Shown in pieces: positions 57,827 to 64,000 of a stretch of DNA of 64,000 bases. Location of the stretch: NCBI GenBank assembly GCA_964016885.1, contig OZ024742.1, positions 130,014,001-130,078,000 on the forward strand. The letters run 5' to 3'. The notes below the pieces were generated by a model. That model had not been told where the DNA came from. It searched no databases and saw only the letters and a list, made by a program, of their open reading frames with translations. The position numbers and the translations under genes are program-made. Position 1 is the first letter of the stretch, and the number at the start of each line of letters is the position of its first letter. Origin of the DNA: Eledone cirrhosa (Eukaryota).

Positions 57827-57865
<39 letters not shown>

Positions 57866-58529
57866 AAATTGCTTCTACAGGACTAGAAATATGCGTGTGT
57901 GTGTGTGGCTGTGTGTTTACATAAATGTATTACCAAAGATGCCATACAGTGTAACTGAATCTAAAAACTTGTGGTTCTGAAGCAAACTTCTTAGCCTTGC
58001 AGCTCAACCTTGCTACGTGTTTATAATATGTCTCAAAATATGTTTATTACCATTATTACTATACCCCATATTTTTCCCTTCTTTTGTCATGGTGGTTGCT
58101 TTTTAATGTATGGAAACTCATTTTCATATTCATTATATATATATAAAGTCTGCAGTGCCAAGACCAGGGTTTTTACCTTACTTTATATATGTTCTTTTTT
58201 TTTTACATATCTTCTTATGGTACATGTCTATTGAAATTTACTAAGGTGATGTATTTAACCATACAGTGCAAATAGAAAAGATCAAATCATAATTTGGAAA
58301 TAATATTTCTGTTAGCAAATCATAGAAAATTTCAATAGATTTGTTGTATAAGAAGTTATTTCTCAAAAAATTCCTTATATATAGAGAGAGAGCAAATGGT
58401 GCCTCTATACATTGAAAATCAATCACCATGACAGAAGAAAATATGTTTATAATATCTGCTTCTGATAGATATCTTAGATTAGATTATTACAAAATTTGAA
58501 ATGTTGTCAACCCAATGCATAAGACTATA

Positions 58530-58745
58530 ATAATGGTTTCCCCTTTAGGCAAAAGGCCAACATTTTGTGGGCAGGAGAAATTCAATTACATTGGCCCCAA
58601 TACATTACTGGTACTTTATCTTATTGACCCTGTAAGGATGAAAGGCAAAACTAACCTTGGCAGAATTTGAATTTAGAATGTAAAGGGACATAACTATATG
58701 CTGCAAAGCATGTCGACTGATGCTCTACCGAAACTGCCAATCCAC
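58530..58745 (-). mobile_element. Older S1-related SINE
   Basis: Degenerate reverse-complement core ctggtactttatcttattgaccctgtaaggatgaaaggcaaa. Confidence 0.75.
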
Positions 58746-59737
58746 TATAATAATAAGTCAATCACTGACTTGTCTTATAATGTGACAACTCATCTAACTC
58801 TTGCAAGCATAAAAAAATAGACGTTAAATAGTGGTAATGATAATGACTACAATGATGATAATGACTACAATGATGATGGTGATGATGACGATGATGATGA
58901 TCACGACAAATAATCATTGAAAAATCAAGTAAAATACCCCTGGAGATGGAGAAAAGGGAGACAGAGGTGCCGTGGATACTAGAGTTTGGCAATTGACATC
59001 ATTCACAAGGAAAGCCATCAAAAATGCTTGAAAACGACTTAGAAAAATTTTTAATCAAAATCAAAATTTAATCCCAAAGAGAGGAAATTGGAATATTATC
59101 CACTGAAGGTTCCTTAAACCCTAAAGAAGGGACTTTTAGGTCCCGAAATATTGGACAGATAAAAGAACAACAACAATAAAGAAAAAAAACAAAGATTACC
59201 AGGTAACTTTTACTTTTCGTTACCTCATCTTAATCCATTTTGCATTGTTTAGCCTTCTATATCTTTCAACATTATATATTATTTACAATGCTTCAAGCAA
59301 ACTACAAGATCTTATTATGTATTATTTAGTGTTTCTATTCTAGTTTGTAGAGGTTATGAAGTCATCATCATTGTGATCACAGTCAAACATTCCTGACAAA
59401 TTCTCCCCACAATTCACAATTTTCATTGCTCCCAACTGAGGTTTGTATTATTATCTGAGAGTTGATCAATGAATATTCGAACAGGTCTTCCTCTACTGAG
59501 TCTCCCACAAGTTGGTTCCCACAATAGTAGCTTGTGTATAACTTCCTGCATACTTCTCCAGCAATATCCAGCAAATCATAACCGTCTTTGAGCAAGCAAG
59601 TAAACATCCTTTTTGTTTTGCTTTAGTTTTTAACAACTTAGGCAAAGGAAGAAAAGCAACACCCGTGATGCTTTTCAAGTAGTCTATAAATGGTGGCAAG
59701 GGGCAAGAGGGTTCACAACAATGACTCTTCTTGTGGC

Positions 59738-60205
59738 CTCTGGGATTGGTGGGACAAAGAGAGGAGGTATCCTTGAGACCTGTGGGATTGGTAGTAGGAG
59801 CAAGAGAGGAAGTTATCTTTGAATCTTGTGGGATTGGTGGGAGAAAGAGAGGAAGTTATCTTTAAGACCTGTGGGTTTGAGGGAGAAAGAGAGGAAGTTA
59901 TTCTTGAGACTTGTGGGATTGATGGGAGAAAGGTAGGAGGTTATCCTTGAATCTTGTGGGATTGATGGGAGAAAGGTAGGAAGTTATCCTTGAATCTTGT
60001 GGGATTGATGGGAGAAAGGTAGGAAGTTATCCTTGAATCTTGTGGGATTGGTGGGAGAAAGGTAGGAAGTTATCCTTGAATCTTGTGGGATTGATGGGAG
60101 AAAGGTAGGAAGTTATCCTTGAATCTTGTGGGATTGATGGGAGAAAGGTAGGAAGTTATCCTTGAATCTTGTGGGATTGATGGGAGAAAGGTAGGAAGTT
60201 ATCTT
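59738..60205. repeat. 43-bp tandem repeat (~11 units)
   Basis: gggagaaaggtaggaagttatccttgaatcttgtgggattgat; period 43 (59941, 59984). Confidence 0.9.
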
Positions 60206-62370
60206 CATACCAGAGGCAACGTCTGAACATCTACAACTAAGTAAACTCTGCTAAAGACACCAAAGAGCTAAGTAGGAAATAAACAAGAACTCTACATTCC
60301 AATAAGAGAGCTCAACATCTACAAGTACAGTCTTCCAGCATGCCAAAAACAACTAAAGACATAGATTGCCTGGGAGTAGAGGATGGAAGAGACACAGTAA
60401 ACAAAGAGAGCAAAGTTGCATGAGTCGATGGAGGACTGCCATGGTAACAAGTGGAGGAGTAGGTGCATATTGTTCCTTTAGCAAAGCCTATGGAACTATG
60501 CACATTATGGGAGAAAGCATAAGGAGAGCTATCAAGAACAATGTGGAAAGAGCAGAGGGGGCATCTAAATACAAGGTATTTTCTTAGATATAAAGTCACA
60601 ACAGAGTTAATCATCATCATTATTTAGCGTCTATTTTTCAGGCTTCCATGAGTTAGACAGGTTATCATATTATGAGACAAGTAAGGTCTGGAGACCACAT
60701 CATGCTCACATGGATTTGTATTTTGACTTGGATTCTACAGCTCAATGCCCTTCCTAATGCCAATCACATTACAGTGTGGACTAGGTACTTTTTATCATGG
60801 TACCGAAATGACTACTTAACATGATGGACTTGGTGCTTTTTGTTATGTCACCAGCATGACCACCTTACAGGATGGACTGGGTGCTTTTTGTCATGTCACC
60901 AGGGTTTTAATTTAAAAAAAAATATTATTCTAAAAGTGACTCCTTCCATCTGGCATGATGAAATAGCAGAAAAATGACAAAAAAAAAATTTTATTTGGGT
61001 GCAGCCTTTAACAGTATGATCCTGTTCCATTGCGATATTGATTCAGTCGTATTCTCAATCTACACAGAAGCCTGGATAGACTGATTAACAGGCAGACAAA
61101 CAAACAGAAAAATATAACAGATGGACATACAGAGAAAGTTTTTAACTGAAATATCATAGTTTTGAATGTTGGGTTACTTCTACACAGAGAATCCATTCTT
61201 AGAAGTTGTAAAAGCAAAAATATTTAAAAAATGGATAAAAAAACAAACTGAATGTGACATGTGAATACTAGCTCATAGGTCATGAGTTCAAACCTGTTGC
61301 AGGGTCTTTGCTGCATATTTGGGTATAGGCATGGCTGAGGGCGGGTGTTTAAGAAATGGATGTTAAATGATGATGATAATAATGAATATGATGACAATGA
61401 TGATAAATTTCCATGTTCAATATCCTGGACAAATGTTTTCTACTGTGGCCTCAAGTTGACTTAAGCCTTGTCAATGAAAATTTAGGAGATGGAAATTGTG
61501 AAAAGCCCTATCAGTTGGACTGTATCTGTTTTTGACAGGGGCAGGTTTCACTCATTGCTTGGTTTAACATTACAACCTGGCATTTTTGTGCTTTTAGCAG
61601 CATTTACTCTGTTGTAAGCATTTCAGTCAAGTCCCTAACTTCCCCCTTTCTTCCCCACACCATATTCTAAAAAAGTTAAAATTTGATTATCTTAACCCAT
61701 TTGATAACAAACCACCTAAAACTGTCCTTGGTTCTACTATACAAAACTGTTTATTTTAACTAGTTTATATTTAGCCAAAAACTTCCATCATAATTTTATA
61801 TAACAACATTTAAGATGTGCCCCAAGCTAATAATAAAAAAGTTAGCTGTCTTACTAAATCCATCCAAATTGTTGATAATTTTCAAAAATTATTTTCAAAA
61901 TAATCAACAATGCCTTTCCTCATCTTAATATTCACCCATCTCTTCCATCTCATTATCTAAATATCCTAACTTAGACCTCCCACACTCACTTTCTCTATTG
62001 CCATTTTGCATACTCTGCCTCCCCACCACCACCTCATTATCTAAGTTCCTCACCTTAGTCTTCCCCTGCTCACTTCCTCCATACATAAATATCTCCTACA
62101 CATACACACATACATATATGCACATACACACACACACGCACACACACACATATTTCCCCATACATAAGTAAAATTGAAATCTTCTGACTTGTATTTTATT
62201 GCTCTTGCCCTCTCTTTTTCTCAATTTTCTTCCCTTCCTATCTCTCCCTCCTCTTGTACTCTATGAACCCCTCTACAATGTTATCTTATTCAATCTCTTG
62301 CTTTCACCTATTTCTTATATCCCCTTGGATATAGTTTCAATCTTACCTTAGCGTTTTTAATGATCTACAT

Positions 62371-62530
62371 CAAAGGTTCTCAACGGGGAGGGGGGCGTTT
62401 CGTAGCACTAGGGAGGCGTTATGCAGTAAGGGGGCGTTAGGTGGCGTTATGCAGTAAGGGGGTGTTAGGGGGCGTTATGCAGTAAGGGGGCGTTAGGGGG
62501 CGTTTGAAACTTTGGGGGCGCTAGAAGCCC
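62371..62530 (+). mobile_element. Probable hAT left end with subterminal repeats
   Basis: caaaggttctcaac resembles a hAT TIR (CAGxGGTTCTCAAC); three ~28-bp ggggcgttatgcagtaagggggcgttag repeats. Confidence 0.55.
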
Positions 62531-63060
62531 CTTTAGTTTGGTAAGTTTTATAAGTCATATTTGTACGTCTCTTAGACAGCGAGTTTGAATGGATTTGAAT
62601 GAAGAAAACGAAGAAAATAAATAAAAGAAGCTTGTCAACGAATTCCCTAGGGACATAAAAGAAAAACAAAAGAAATCAAAGAGAATGAAAATAAGGACTA
62701 CTTCAACAGAAATGACAACAAAAAGAAGCAATGGTGGTGAACATACATACATACATACATACATACACACACACATATATACACACATAAGCCGGCGTTA
62801 GTGTTTGATGAGGTTGAGAACCTGGTCAGCTTTCAGCCAGAGCTGTGGTATTTAATCTCCCTAGGTAATAAAATCTGGCGACAAAATTTTTCTCCTTACC
62901 AAAAAAGAACACATAGATCATATCAACATCCTTACACACTTAAATATAAATGCATGTATATATACAAATGTATAAATGCATAGCTATATACATATGTAAA
63001 TGTATGTACGTATATATGTATGTAGATTTATATGTATATATATGTATATATATATATATA

Positions 63061-63721
63061 TTAGAATTGGCGCTCTGAAAAAGCGATATATATATGAATG
63101 TATATATAGTGTATTTTGCAATACACTGTATGCTTAATTAAAAGCATTTCGAAGACCTTATACTATTGTTTTAGAGTAGTGACAGTCTCACTTACTTTAA
63201 ATTTTCAGCAAACAGGGGAGATAAAGCTGACAGAGCTATGTTTTGTACTGATTGGTACTTATCAAAGCCAAGTACTCCACCTGTTTGCTGAAAATCATGA
63301 ATGCTTGATTCTTATAGAATTTCTAGTAATAATCTGGAACTGATTATACAGAGCGGTTGCCGGTCAAGCAGAAATTGAAAATTAGAATTGGCGCTCTGAA
63401 ATAGCGATATATACATGAATGTATATATAGTGTATTTTGCAATACACTGTATGCTTAATTAAAATGTCACTACTCTAAAACAATAGCATAAGGTCTTCGA
63501 AATGCTTTTAATTAAGCATACAGTGTATTACAAAATACACTATATATACATTCATATATATATCGCTATTTCAGAGCGGCAATTCTAATTTTCAATTTCT
63601 GCTTGACCGGCAACCGCTCTGTATAATCAGTTCCTGATTATTACTAGAAATTCTATAAGAATCAAACATTCATGATTTTCAGCAAACAGGTGGAGTACTT
63701 GGCTTTGATAAGTACCAATCA
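63061..63721. mobile_element. Tandem plus inverted PLE-like terminal repeat structure (H7)
   Basis: Arms 63249-63464 / 63506-63721; 63061-63184 is a partial direct copy; half-hammerhead GAAA TGCTT..AAGCA TA. Confidence 0.7.
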
Positions 63722-64000
63722 AGTCCGTACAACCAGCTTCACTTATCAAAAATGTTCTAGATTACGTGAATGAATTGCGGAAACTATATAGTGCATCAGG
63801 GAAATTTAAGCACGTGTATTTATCACAACATGATAAAGAAAATGAAGTATCGTCACCACACTCCTTAAAACCTATGTGCCCTACTCGATGGCTAACACGA
63901 CTTTCTGCAGTCAAAGCCCTTCTTGACAATTATTCAGATGTCCCTATTTCTTTACACGAGGCAACAAATGAGTTTGGCACCAACATTGCATCCAGAGCTA
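63720..64000 (+). pseudogene. hAT transposase fragment (continues beyond window)
   Basis: Open frame ..LIKNVLDYVNELRKLYSASGK...SLKPMCPTRWLTRLSAVKALLDNYSDVPISLHE; PxCxTRW motif typical of hAT/ZMYM1-like transposases. Confidence 0.8.

Noticed and set aside
59383-59699. Two overlapping short minus-strand ORFs
   Set aside because: No recognisable motif or splice signals

Overview
AT-rich, repeat-dominated eukaryotic DNA. The SINE and LINE content suggests a coleoid cephalopod such as an octopus (inference). The only host-gene signal is one minus-strand coding exon (867-1110) resembling IQCG/DRC9, so the rest may be one very large intron or upstream intergenic DNA. Mobile elements include a decayed near-full-length RTE LINE with an internal PHD-like finger, an R4/Dong-like LINE fragment, a 5'-truncated Penelope-like element (PLE) with C-terminal GIY-YIG, tRNA-derived SINEs, a piggyBac-type MITE and a hAT remnant. 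About 16 kb of satellites and minisatellites lie at 19.7-35.8 kb. The most striking pattern is a set of at least 6-7 sequence-distinct short hairpin or palindromic elements in (TA)n tracts that carry type I hammerhead ribozyme folds. These include non-canonical cores (a U3-A8 covariant and a family-fixed U4A) and often sit on both strands. A mirror-image duplication of about 3.3 kb next to the PLE is also notable. Coordinates were read by eye and ribozyme folds derived by hand; no searches were run.
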